A DNA stretch of 62,953 bases from an uncultured Gammaproteobacteria bacterium. Lineage in GTDB: Bacteria; Patescibacteriota; Patescibacteriia; UBA9934. Location of the stretch: positions 1-62,953 of the forward strand of contig CAYWYQ010000001.1 of NCBI GenBank assembly GCA_964462325.1, in the 5' to 3' direction. A model generated the notes under the pieces. It ran no database searches. It saw only the letters and a list, made by a program, of their open reading frames with translations, and was not told the DNA's origin. This document shows, one piece after another, positions 41,183 through 50,511 of the stretch (its first letter is position 1; the number at the start of each line of letters is the position of its first letter). The translations under genes and the position numbers were made by a program.

Positions 41183-41231
41183 GAGGTTCAACCTCCTGTG
41201 GATAAGTAGGTCGGACCTTGAGGTCGGACCT
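41183..41231. repeat. composite module: GAGGTTCAACCTC, TGTGGATAA, paired AGGTCGGACCT
   Basis: GAGGTTCAACCTCC-TGTGGATAA-GT-AGGTCGGACCTTGAGGTCGGACCT. Confidence 0.75.
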
Positions 41232-41263
41232 CGAGTCGATAATGAAATTGTATTGAATTAATT

Positions 41264-42400
41264 CTACTTTTTCTTCACCAATTTTGTTACAAGCTCGACA
41301 TGTGGCGTATGCGGGAACATGTCTATGGCTCGCATATGTTCAATATCATATAATTCCTGCAAAAGTACCATTTCTCTTGCAAAATTTTTATAATGACATG
41401 AAATATAGATAATTTCATTTGGAGCATTTTTCAAAACATCTTTTAATGCATTATCATGCATTCCAGATCGAGGTGGGTCCAAAATAACCAAATCTGCATT
41501 TGCCTGACTCCAATCATATTCCTCGGTTTTTGCATCATGGAATTCAACGTCTAATTGATTTTTGATCGCATTTTGTTTTGCATCCTCAATCGCTTTTGGA
41601 TTGAGTTCTACACCTAGAACATCCTTTGCTCCGTTCTTTGCAAAAGCAAGAGCAAAAAATCCAGTTCCACAATAGAGATCTAGAATCCTCTTACCCTCAA
41701 TATCACCTGCAAATTCTAAAACCGTTTCTAACAATGTAGCAGCACCATGCGAATTTGTCTGAAAAAATGCATTTGGTGAAATCAAATAAGAAATATCAGC
41801 AATTATTTCTTCAATGACTCCATCTCCAGAGATAATACGTATGTCATCTGCAAAAGATACATCCGTTATTGTATGGTTCACGGACCAAAGAACGGTTGTT
41901 GCCTGTGTTTTTTCCGCAAGCGATTCTAGTTGAGTTTGCACCAATGCTTCTTCTTCTGAATTTTCTGGTGCACTTGTCACAATATTCACCATCGTTTGAC
42001 CATGTGTAGTCGCCCGTAAAACAGCATAGCGAAGTAGTCCCGTATGGGCCTTTCTGTCATAAAAGGAAAGCCCTGCTGTTTTTGTCCAATCGCGTACAAT
42101 ATGAAAAAGAATCTCAATCTTCTTGTCTGCAAGGAAACAGGTATGATCATCAATAACTTTCCACCATTTACCTTTTTGTCTCATACCTACGCGACCCTCA
42201 AAATCAATCACAAAATCCATGCGATTTCTATAATGTTCGGTAATAGGTGAAGGAAGGATTTCCTTTACATGTATATCAAGCTCTTTTAATTTAAATGATC
42301 CATTTATATCTTGAATCTTTTGTTGTAACTGATCAGCATAAGGAATATGTGACCAGGAACAAGATCCGCAAACTTCTTTATTGGGGCATTGAGATTTCAT
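41264..42400 (-). CDS. 23S rRNA/tRNA (uracil-5-)-methyltransferase, RumA/TrmA family
   Basis: N-terminal Cys cluster CPNKEVCGSC, FFQTN, LDLYCGTGFFAL and DPPRSG. ATG at 42400. Confidence 0.8.
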   Translation of the reverse strand: MKSQCPNKEVCGSCSWSHIPYADQLQQKIQDINGSFKLKELDIHVKEILPSPITEHYRNRMDFVIDFEGRVGMRQKGKWWKVIDDHTCFLADKKIEILFHIVRDWTKTAGLSFYDRKAHTGLLRYAVLRATTHGQTMVNIVTSAPENSEEEALVQTQLESLAEKTQATTVLWSVNHTITDVSFADDIRIISGDGVIEEIIADISYLISPNAFFQTNSHGAATLLETVLEFAGDIEGKRILDLYCGTGFFALAFAKNGAKDVLGVELNPKAIEDAKQNAIKNQLDVEFHDAKTEEYDWSQANADLVILDPPRSGMHDNALKDVLKNAPNEIIYISCHYKNFAREMVLLQELYDIEHMRAIDMFPHTPHVELVTKLVKKK

Positions 42401-42461
42401 AGAATGAGTTATTCTTGCAAATACAGGCAATACTAGCTATAAAATAGACACAAGTCAATGT

Positions 42462-42893
42462 ATGATTATTATTGCACACAATATTCGTAGTTTATATAAT
42501 GTCGGTTCCATTTTTCGAAATTGCGCGGCATTCAATGCAGAATTACTCTATTTAACGGGTATTACAGGTACGCCACCACGAAAGGAAATTGCAAAGGTCG
42601 CTTTAGGTGCTGAACAAATCGTGAAATGGGAACAAGGGGAGGTGAAAGAAGTTATTCAGCAATTAAAGCAGTCCGGATATAAAATATACGGTCTTGAAAT
42701 CACGGATGATGCGGTAGATATTACAAATGTTCCAAAAGAGAACATTGCCCTTGTGCTTGGGAATGAAGTTGAGGGGATAGATTCTGATACAATGAAATTA
42801 CTCGATGGTACAGCGGTGATTAAAATGGGGGAGAAAAAATCTCTTAATGTATCCGTTGCATCGGGAATTGCATTATATGAAATTACAAAATAG
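42462..42893 (+). CDS. SpoU/TrmH-family RNA 2'-O-methyltransferase
   Basis: LVLGNEVEGI and SLNVSVASGIALYE motifs. Confidence 0.8.
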   Translation: MIIIAHNIRSLYNVGSIFRNCAAFNAELLYLTGITGTPPRKEIAKVALGAEQIVKWEQGEVKEVIQQLKQSGYKIYGLEITDDAVDITNVPKENIALVLGNEVEGIDSDTMKLLDGTAVIKMGEKKSLNVSVASGIALYEITK

Positions 42894-43605
42894 TTTTTCT
42901 GTCGTTATACCGACAATGAATGAGGAGGAGAATATCACCCTTCTTTTTCGAGATATACAAAAACAGACAATGCAGCCCAATGAAATTATTATTGCCGATG
43001 CACATTCTACTGATGGGACTGTTCATGTGGCAAAAAAGTTTGGGGCAATCGTCGTAGAAGGCGGTTTACCAGGCATTGGAAGGAATAAAGGCGCTGAAAT
43101 TGCTCAATCTGAAATCCTTATTTTTTTTGATGCCGATATACGTTTATTTGATAAAAACTTTCTTGAAAATGCGATGAATGAATTCACAGACAGAGCATTA
43201 GGAATTGCAACGGCGGATCTGAAACCAATGAGTGAAAATTGGTTCGATATTTTTGGGCATAAGGTGTATAATTGGCTTGTCAGGAGATGGGCAAAAAAGA
43301 AACCACATGCAGCGGGGTCATTTATTATGGTTCGGAAGGATGTGCATGATGCGATCGGAGGATTTGATGAAGAAATCCTGCTAGGAGAGGACAGAGTATA
43401 TACATTACAAGCAGGGAATATTGCAAAATATGCTGTTCTGAATACGGTCGAGGTAAATGTATCGGTACGTAGAATGACAAAGGATGGTCGAATAAGAACG
43501 GTCATTACTTATATCATTGCGGAAATACATATGCGTTTTATCGGTTCGATTAAGCATAATAAATTTCATTACAATTTTAGGTATGAAAAGAAGAAAAAAA
43601 TATGA
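42877..43605 (+). CDS. family 2 glycosyltransferase
   Basis: FSVVIPTMNEEENI ... IIADAHSTDGT ... FFDAD. Confidence 0.75.
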   Translation: MKLQNSFSVVIPTMNEEENITLLFRDIQKQTMQPNEIIIADAHSTDGTVHVAKKFGAIVVEGGLPGIGRNKGAEIAQSEILIFFDADIRLFDKNFLENAMNEFTDRALGIATADLKPMSENWFDIFGHKVYNWLVRRWAKKKPHAAGSFIMVRKDVHDAIGGFDEEILLGEDRVYTLQAGNIAKYAVLNTVEVNVSVRRMTKDGRIRTVITYIIAEIHMRFIGSIKHNKFHYNFRYEKKKKI

Positions 43606-44291
43606 AGGCAAAGCAGGAAAAGAATGTACTTTTTGATAAACAGTCCGTAAATCACGCAGAGGTGATTCAGAGATTAGTACTTGAAAGTTCTCCAAGAAAA
43701 ACATTTCTTGTGATGATTGTACTATCAAGTGTTATGGCTACTATTGGGCTTCTGAATGACAGTGCTTCCATTGTCATTGGAGCAATGCTTGTTGCACCGC
43801 TTCTCTGGCCGGTTCTTGGAATATCTATGGGAACATTACTTCGTGATTGGCATATGATCTGGCTCTCTATTGTGAGCATTATCTTTTCTTGCGCACTAGC
43901 GATCGGGACGGCAATTTTGATTACTTTCCAATATGTGCCACTTGGTGCATCACGAGAAATACTATTACAGACCAATTTTTCCTTCATGATTCCTGTTGCT
44001 ATTGCCTCTGGGTTTGCCGCTGCCTTTGCGCTTAGCTATGAGCATATTAAGGAAGCGGTAACGGGTGTCGCAATTTCTGTTGCACTATTACCACCGCTCG
44101 TCACGGTTGGAATCGGACTTGGTGGGACGGACTGGTCGCTTGTTTCAAGGGCATCAGAGTTATTCATCATTAATTTGGTGGGGATTATTTTGACATCCTT
44201 CATTGTATTCTGGTTGCTTGGTTTTGGATCACATAGGCGTGTTGCGGAATCAGCTGTGAAGAGGGAGCGGAAGATTTTAAACGGTAAATAG
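43602..44291 (+). CDS. DUF389-like integral membrane protein
   Basis: VIGAMLVAPLLWPVLG motif and about 6 TM helices. Confidence 0.5.
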   Translation: MKAKQEKNVLFDKQSVNHAEVIQRLVLESSPRKTFLVMIVLSSVMATIGLLNDSASIVIGAMLVAPLLWPVLGISMGTLLRDWHMIWLSIVSIIFSCALAIGTAILITFQYVPLGASREILLQTNFSFMIPVAIASGFAAAFALSYEHIKEAVTGVAISVALLPPLVTVGIGLGGTDWSLVSRASELFIINLVGIILTSFIVFWLLGFGSHRRVAESAVKRERKILNGK

Positions 44292-44307
44292 TCAATAAAT
44301 AGGGGGT

Positions 44308-45219
44308 ATGGCATATAATGCAGTGAATGGGAAAAAATTTGTCTGGTGGCATTTCTCTGAATTTGAGGAGTCTGATTTTGAGACACTTGAAGAACATTTT
44401 CAATTCCATCCTCTTGATTTTGACGATATTCGTGACGATACCGAATTAACAAAACTCGATGTCTATAAGCATTACCTTTTTTCCATTATTAATATCCCTG
44501 TTTTTGATTTAAAAACAATGCAGATTACAAAACGTAATTTAGGAGTGTTCATATCGAAAGATTATATTGTTACGGTGACACGTAAACCAATTGAATCCGT
44601 TGACAGGTTTTTTGAACGGGCGCAGAGAAGTTCAGGACTACGTAGAGAAGCGATGGCAAAAAGTACAGGTTTTTTCTTGTATAAATTACTTGATTATATC
44701 TTCCGGGATACCAAAGTTATTTTGCGTGAATTGGTCAGGGAAACAGATCAGGTTGAGAAACAGGTATATGATAGCCATACGCGAGTTACCACGAAACGAT
44801 TGGGGATGCTACGAAGAAATGTTCTGTTTATGCGGCATATGATTGAGCCGCAAAAAATTCTATTGGAGCAATTCCTTCATGCGAAGAAAACCTATTTACC
44901 CAATACACTTGAAATCTATTTTGATGATATTCGTGATAGTTTGAAAGGAATATCTGTTATGCTCGATAATCATAAGAATATTGTTGATGGTTTATTTGAT
45001 GTCAATGAAGCATTCCTGTCGCATAGAACGAATGAAATTATCCGGTTTTTGACAATCATATCTGTTGTACTGATGCCACCAACGCTTATTACAAGCTATT
45101 ACGGTATGAATGTGGATGGGCTGCCGTTTAGGGAAAATATTCTTCTCGTTTCGATGATTATAGGAGCTTCTCTCATCCTATTTGTGCTACTTATTTTACG
45201 TATTGATAAGAAGAAATAG
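44308..45219 (+). CDS. corA: CorA-family magnesium/cobalt transporter
   Basis: YGMNV (GMN motif) before the final TM helix and the typical soluble N-domain. Confidence 0.85.
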   Translation: MAYNAVNGKKFVWWHFSEFEESDFETLEEHFQFHPLDFDDIRDDTELTKLDVYKHYLFSIINIPVFDLKTMQITKRNLGVFISKDYIVTVTRKPIESVDRFFERAQRSSGLRREAMAKSTGFFLYKLLDYIFRDTKVILRELVRETDQVEKQVYDSHTRVTTKRLGMLRRNVLFMRHMIEPQKILLEQFLHAKKTYLPNTLEIYFDDIRDSLKGISVMLDNHKNIVDGLFDVNEAFLSHRTNEIIRFLTIISVVLMPPTLITSYYGMNVDGLPFRENILLVSMIIGASLILFVLLILRIDKKK

Positions 45220-45220
45220 T

Positions 45221-45793
45221 ATGTCGCGACCAATTCCTGTCGATGTCATTCCATCTCATGTCTATTTATCTATTAAAGATCAAACGACACTATTTGGTAT
45301 TGGCTACCCAATGAGCATATTGGCAAATCACAATCAATCAGGGCAATATGTCTATCAAGAAAAGGTGACAATCGCAGGAAAGCTGAAGCGTTCCATTTCT
45401 GTGCATGTACTTGGACCAAACTGGAAGAGAAGTCATGTGGAAATCACACCTACCGAAGCGGTGTATTTAGGTTTGAAAATTCATGGTACAAAAACAGGGG
45501 ATATATCTGGTGCAGCTCCATGTACAATCACGGGTCCAAATGGCAGTGTGAAACTTGATAAGGGAGCCATTATTCCAAGGCCACATTTAACCTGTAGTAC
45601 AGATGATGCAAGAAGACTACATTTAGTAAACGGTCAATTAATTTCTGTAGAAATACTTGGAGAAAAGTCCATTCAGATTTACGATGTTATTGTGCGCGTA
45701 CATCCTACATTCCGACTTCGCATTGAACTCCATCAGGACTATGCGCGAGATCTATGGATCACACGGCCTATTCATGCACGAATAATAAATTAG
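45221..45793 (+). CDS. pduL: PduL-type phosphate acyltransferase
   Basis: IPVDVIPSHVYLS...LFG, VHVLGPNWKRSHVEIT and PHLTCSTDDA fit the duplicated PduL repeat pattern. Confidence 0.6.
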   Translation: MSRPIPVDVIPSHVYLSIKDQTTLFGIGYPMSILANHNQSGQYVYQEKVTIAGKLKRSISVHVLGPNWKRSHVEITPTEAVYLGLKIHGTKTGDISGAAPCTITGPNGSVKLDKGAIIPRPHLTCSTDDARRLHLVNGQLISVEILGEKSIQIYDVIVRVHPTFRLRIELHQDYARDLWITRPIHARIIN

Positions 45794-45794
45794 T

Positions 45795-46853
45795 ATGTAC
45801 AAATTATTGATCCCATTCATCATATTATTCGCCATGCCGGTACATGCAGCAGAAGGACCAGATTTGGCATTGATGACCGGAAATATTCATTATTCAACGG
45901 ATGTATTTATCGCAGGGGATGCGGTACGAATGTATGTTACTGTTCGTAATTCAGGCACAGAAGATGTTGCTGGATTTGTACGATTCAAGAATGGAAATCA
46001 GGTTCTTGGAGATTCTCAACCGATTTCCTTGGTAAATAACGGGTCATTTGAAGAAGTATGGGTGGATTTTACCGTACCGAACGAACCTTTTAATATTCAA
46101 GTTGAAATTGCTGGAACAGAACCAGCTGATATTGATGCAAGTAATAATGTATTTCTCACTAATATATTCAACCCCGTTTTTGATTATGATCATGACGGTA
46201 TAGAAAATGAACAAGATAATTGTCCAAATGATGAAAATGCAAATCAGTTAGACTCAGATGGGGACGGTGTAGGTGATATATGTGATGATATACCACTTCC
46301 TGACGAAGATGAAGAAGCGTTGCAAGAGTCCGCAGTAGTTACTCCCATTGTTGAAGAGCTTACTCTACCCGAAAGCTCTCCTGTTGAATCATTTGCATTT
46401 ATTGATTCAGGTGAATCGACACTCGAGGACCTAGAGCTTATGATCGACTCACACAATACGGGGACAGAAAGGGGAGAAATTATTCCAGGAGCTATTCTTA
46501 GGCTCTCGCCACGTGCCGGATTTGTATTCGCACAGATTGATTGGAGAACATATGATTTCAGGGCGCTATTTCCTGAACGTGAAGGCCAAACATATGCATG
46601 GTCATTTGATGATGGAGCCATTTCTGCTCAATCGTCAGTGAGGCATGTATTTAAAAAGCCTGGTCAGTATGAAGTGAAGCTCGTTGTGACAGATGAGGAC
46701 GGCATGATGCAGGAAGACTCACAAATAATCGAGATTTCGTTTTTTCACTTGCAGAATCCCATTGTGATTTTACTGATTTCAAGTCTCATGACGACCATTA
46801 TTGTATTATTCGTTCTTTCCATATTGCGTAGGAGAAAAGAATTAGCATCGTAA
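45795..46853 (+). CDS. secreted, C-terminally anchored surface protein with thrombospondin type-3-like and PKD-like repeats
   Basis: Signal peptide; DHDGIENEQDNCPNDENANQLDSDGDGVGDICDD; YAWSFDDG...GQYEVKLVVTDEDG; C-terminal TM segment plus RRRK. Confidence 0.65.
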   Translation: MYKLLIPFIILFAMPVHAAEGPDLALMTGNIHYSTDVFIAGDAVRMYVTVRNSGTEDVAGFVRFKNGNQVLGDSQPISLVNNGSFEEVWVDFTVPNEPFNIQVEIAGTEPADIDASNNVFLTNIFNPVFDYDHDGIENEQDNCPNDENANQLDSDGDGVGDICDDIPLPDEDEEALQESAVVTPIVEELTLPESSPVESFAFIDSGESTLEDLELMIDSHNTGTERGEIIPGAILRLSPRAGFVFAQIDWRTYDFRALFPEREGQTYAWSFDDGAISAQSSVRHVFKKPGQYEVKLVVTDEDGMMQEDSQIIEISFFHLQNPIVILLISSLMTTIIVLFVLSILRRRKELAS

Positions 46854-46854
46854 T

Positions 46855-48468
46855 GTGATTCGTAAATTATTCCACGGAAAGTCGAGCACGATAACGAGTG
46901 CAGCAATAATTGTTGCAGGGTTTTCGATATTGTCTCGAGTGGTGGGATTTGTACGTGATCGTATCCTTGCTGGGCAATTCGGAGCAGGCGAGGATCTCGA
47001 TGTCTATTTTGCCGCATTTCGTATTCCAGATTTTCTCTTTCAGATGATTGTTGTTGGTGCCTTGTCAGCGAGTTTTATCCCATTATTTTCAAAGTATTAT
47101 CGTTTGAAGGGGCATGATCGCGCTTGGGCAATGACCAATAATGTTCTTAATGTTGTGCTGGTGCTCTTTGTTGCAATTGCTGGTATAGGTATTGCCCTCG
47201 CAGATTATTATGCACCGCTCATTGCGTATGGTTTGTCGCCAGAATTACAATCCCAAGTTGCTGATTTGTCACGCATTATGCTTGGTGCACAGGTCTTACT
47301 GGCAATCTCAATGGTGTACGGGTCGGTATTACAAAGTGTACGGCGATTCTTCCTTTATTCATTTGCACCCATTTTTTATAATTTTGGGATTATATTTGGT
47401 GCATTATTTCTCGCGCCTAAATTTGGTGTCATTGGACTTGCATACGGAGTATTTATCGGTGCGGCAATGCATATGCTTATTCAAACATATGGCGTATTGA
47501 GTCTAGGGTATAGGTATTGGCCAAGAATAAAATTAAAGGCTCCTGAAATAAAGTACATTGTTAAACATATGCCGCCACGTGTGCTTGGCCTGGCAGTAAA
47601 TCAATTAAACTTTGTTTTAATGACCGTTCTGGCGTCCACGGTGACAACAGGAGCGATTACGATTTTACAATTCGCTTATAATCTAAATTTCTTTCCTATT
47701 GGTGTTATTGGGGTATCCTTTGCAATTGCCTCATTTCCAGCACTTTGTGAATATGCATCAGGTGAGAGTTCAGCACAATTTAAGGAGGCATTTTCAGGAA
47801 CCGTGAGGCAAATACTATTCTTTATTGTGCCTGCTACGATTCTTTTTGTATTAATGAGAGCGCAAATTGTGCGTGCGGTTGTTGGTGCAGGAGAATTTGG
47901 TTGGACAGAAACAATTATCACCGCGGATCTGCTAGGCTTTTTTGCCATCAGTTTTTTCTCGCAGGCAATTGTCTATGTACTTATACGAGCCTTTTTCGCG
48001 TATGAGGATACGATGACACCTTTTTGGATTGCCCTGTTATCCCTTGCCACAAATATCGGCCTTGCATTCCTATTTGTACAAGAATTTGGTATTGCTGGGT
48101 TTGGAATGGCATTTAGCATTTCTTCCGTATTACAAATGATCGCTCTTTGGACTATTTTACGAGCAAGAATCGGCTCACTTGGTGAATGGCGCATTATTAA
48201 ATCAACTTCAATATTGGTTGTAGCGGGTGCTCTTGCAGGAATCACCATTCAAATTATGGAAAATATGGTGGTGGTATTTTTCTCAATCGATACATTCCTT
48301 GGGATCGTTGGACAGGTATTGATTGCAGGAGGAATGGGGATGCTTATGTATGCCCTTGCGACGTACCTGATGCGCTCAGAGGAAATGATTTCCTTACTTG
48401 CTGGTATGAAAAAGCGATTCTTCAAGCGCGCAAAACCAGCAGAACCGATTGCAACTGCACAACAATAA
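46855..48468 (+). CDS. murJ: lipid II flippase MurJ
   Basis: SRVVGFVRDRILAGQFGAGEDLDVYFAAFRIPDF and about 14 TM helices. GTG start. Confidence 0.85.
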   Translation: MIRKLFHGKSSTITSAAIIVAGFSILSRVVGFVRDRILAGQFGAGEDLDVYFAAFRIPDFLFQMIVVGALSASFIPLFSKYYRLKGHDRAWAMTNNVLNVVLVLFVAIAGIGIALADYYAPLIAYGLSPELQSQVADLSRIMLGAQVLLAISMVYGSVLQSVRRFFLYSFAPIFYNFGIIFGALFLAPKFGVIGLAYGVFIGAAMHMLIQTYGVLSLGYRYWPRIKLKAPEIKYIVKHMPPRVLGLAVNQLNFVLMTVLASTVTTGAITILQFAYNLNFFPIGVIGVSFAIASFPALCEYASGESSAQFKEAFSGTVRQILFFIVPATILFVLMRAQIVRAVVGAGEFGWTETIITADLLGFFAISFFSQAIVYVLIRAFFAYEDTMTPFWIALLSLATNIGLAFLFVQEFGIAGFGMAFSISSVLQMIALWTILRARIGSLGEWRIIKSTSILVVAGALAGITIQIMENMVVVFFSIDTFLGIVGQVLIAGGMGMLMYALATYLMRSEEMISLLAGMKKRFFKRAKPAEPIATAQQ

Positions 48469-48474
48469 ATTAAT

Positions 48475-48520
48475 CCGAGGTTCAACCTCGATATATTATC
48501 CCCACCGAGGTTCAACCTCG
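48475..48520. repeat. two CCGAGGTTCAACCTCG palindromes 30 bp apart
   Basis: Copies at 48475-48490 and 48505-48520. Confidence 0.8.
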
Positions 48521-48564
48521 CATATCCAAAAAGTGATTAAATAATACTCTTTTGCATAGATTAC

Positions 48565-48624
48565 CCTCCCGAGGTTCAACCTCGAGGTTGAACCTCGGTG
48601 TTGGAGGTTGAACCTCGGGAGGGG
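48565..48624. repeat. 60-nt compound palindrome built from three GAGGTT(C/G)AACCTC units
   Basis: CCCTCCCGAGGTTCAACCTCGAGGTTGAACCTCGGTGTTGGAGGTTGAACCTCGGGAGGGG. The outer 20 nt are perfectly complementary. Confidence 0.8.
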
Positions 48625-48664
48625 ATTTTACCCTGTAATCAAACTCTGATAATATCTGAGACGT

Positions 48665-50434
48665 ATGACATCTGCAGAACTTCGAAAACTCTATATTCGA
48701 TTTTTTACCCAAAATGGACATGCTGAAATCCCTTCAGCATCGGTTGTTCCAGAAAATGACCCTTCTGTTTTATTTACGACGGCAGGAATGCATCCGCTTG
48801 TACCGTATCTAACCGGGGAAACACATTCTGCCGGTACAAGGCTGGTTAATGCGCAAAAATGTGTTCGTACCGGAGACATTGATGAAGTTGGGGATGAAAC
48901 GCATCTGACATTTTTTGAGATGCTTGGGAATTGGTCACTTGGTGATTACTTTAAAAATGAATCCATAGAGTGGAGCTTTGAATTTTTGACATCGAATGAG
49001 TGGCTTGGGATACCGATTGAACGATTGGCGGTGAGTGTGTTTGCAGGTGATGACGATGCAGAATTTGATCAAGAGGCCTATGATCTATGGGCTTCTTTGG
49101 GTATTTCAGAATCAAGAATTGCAAAGCTTGGTAAAGAGGACAATTGGTGGCCTGCTGGCGGAAAACATACGGGACCTCAAGGACCGGATACGGAAATATT
49201 TTATTGGACGGGTGAGGGGAATGCTCCTGAAAGCTTTGATCCTGAAAATGAAGCATGGGTAGAAATTTGGAATAATGTATTCATGCAATTTAATAAGGAT
49301 GATGCAGGAAATTTGACGCCACTCACTCAGAAAAATGTTGATACCGGCATGGGACTTGAACGCGTCGTAGCTGTTCTGCAAGGAAAAAAATCCTCGTATG
49401 AAACAGATATTTTTGCAGGAATTCTTGGAAAAGTACAAGAGTTGTCCGGCAAAGAATACACAGGTGAATGGAAGCCATCGATGCGGATCATTGCAGATCA
49501 CATTCGTAGCGCCATCGTTATTATTTCAGATGGGATTCAGCCATCCAATAAGGATCAGGGGTATATTTTACGTCGATTGATTCGCCGAGCGGTGCGTCAT
49601 GCGCGTAAACTTGGTATTGCAGGAGTGGATTTGATGTCACCGTTGACGGATGAAGTTGTGAAATCTCTTGGTGAGGCATATCCGTCTATTGCTGAACAAA
49701 AAGAGATGATTGTGAATACTCTAGAACAAGAAGCAATGAAATTTGATAAGACGGTTGAAAAGGGTTTGCGCGAGCTGCAAAAACTGTGGGACAAGACACA
49801 AAATATTTCTGGTGAAGATGCATTTAATTTGTATCAAACATTTGGTTTTCCTTTTGAATTGACTGAAGAAGTAGCAAAAGAACATGGACAAACCGTAGAG
49901 TCAGGTGCATTTCGGAAGGCATTTGAGGATCATCAGGCGAAATCACGCGAAGGTGCTGGGAAAAAATTCGCTGGAGGATTAGCTGATGATTCTATTGAAA
50001 CAACGCGTCTTCATACGGCAACGCATTTACTTCATAAGGCGCTCCGCACCGTTCTTGGTGATCATGTAGAGCAAAAAGGATCGAATATCACAAAGGAAAG
50101 ACTACGTTTCGATTTCTCGCATGATGCAAAAATGACGGATGAACAAAAGGCCGAAGTTGAACATATTGTAAATGAACAAATTAACGCTGCATTACCCGTT
50201 ACATTTGAATTGATGAGCGTTGAGGATGCGAAAGCGGCAGGAGCGCTTGGATTTTTCGAAGACAAATACGCTCAACAGGGCGGAAAAATAAAAGTGTATT
50301 CTGTCGGAGATTTCAGTAAAGAGATTTGCGGCGGGCCTCATGTCACAAATACATCTGAACTTGGAAGCTTTAAAATCAAGAAAGAACAAGCCAGCTCTGC
50401 AGGAATACGACGGATAAAAGCCGTACTTAGTTGA
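48665..50434 (+). CDS. alaS: alanine--tRNA ligase, short form (no C-Ala domain)
   Basis: FFTQNGH, FTTAGM and WGDYFK-like class II motifs; editing-domain HTATHLLH and CGGPHV; ends at ...GIRRIKAVLS after 589 aa. Confidence 0.9.
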   Translation: MTSAELRKLYIRFFTQNGHAEIPSASVVPENDPSVLFTTAGMHPLVPYLTGETHSAGTRLVNAQKCVRTGDIDEVGDETHLTFFEMLGNWSLGDYFKNESIEWSFEFLTSNEWLGIPIERLAVSVFAGDDDAEFDQEAYDLWASLGISESRIAKLGKEDNWWPAGGKHTGPQGPDTEIFYWTGEGNAPESFDPENEAWVEIWNNVFMQFNKDDAGNLTPLTQKNVDTGMGLERVVAVLQGKKSSYETDIFAGILGKVQELSGKEYTGEWKPSMRIIADHIRSAIVIISDGIQPSNKDQGYILRRLIRRAVRHARKLGIAGVDLMSPLTDEVVKSLGEAYPSIAEQKEMIVNTLEQEAMKFDKTVEKGLRELQKLWDKTQNISGEDAFNLYQTFGFPFELTEEVAKEHGQTVESGAFRKAFEDHQAKSREGAGKKFAGGLADDSIETTRLHTATHLLHKALRTVLGDHVEQKGSNITKERLRFDFSHDAKMTDEQKAEVEHIVNEQINAALPVTFELMSVEDAKAAGALGFFEDKYAQQGGKIKVYSVGDFSKEICGGPHVTNTSELGSFKIKKEQASSAGIRRIKAVLS

Positions 50435-50511
50435 TGTAAGAGATAAGATCACTATCTATGCAAGAAAAAAGAAACAAGTCAGGTGCAGAATTTATCAAGA
50501 AGAAATAAAAT

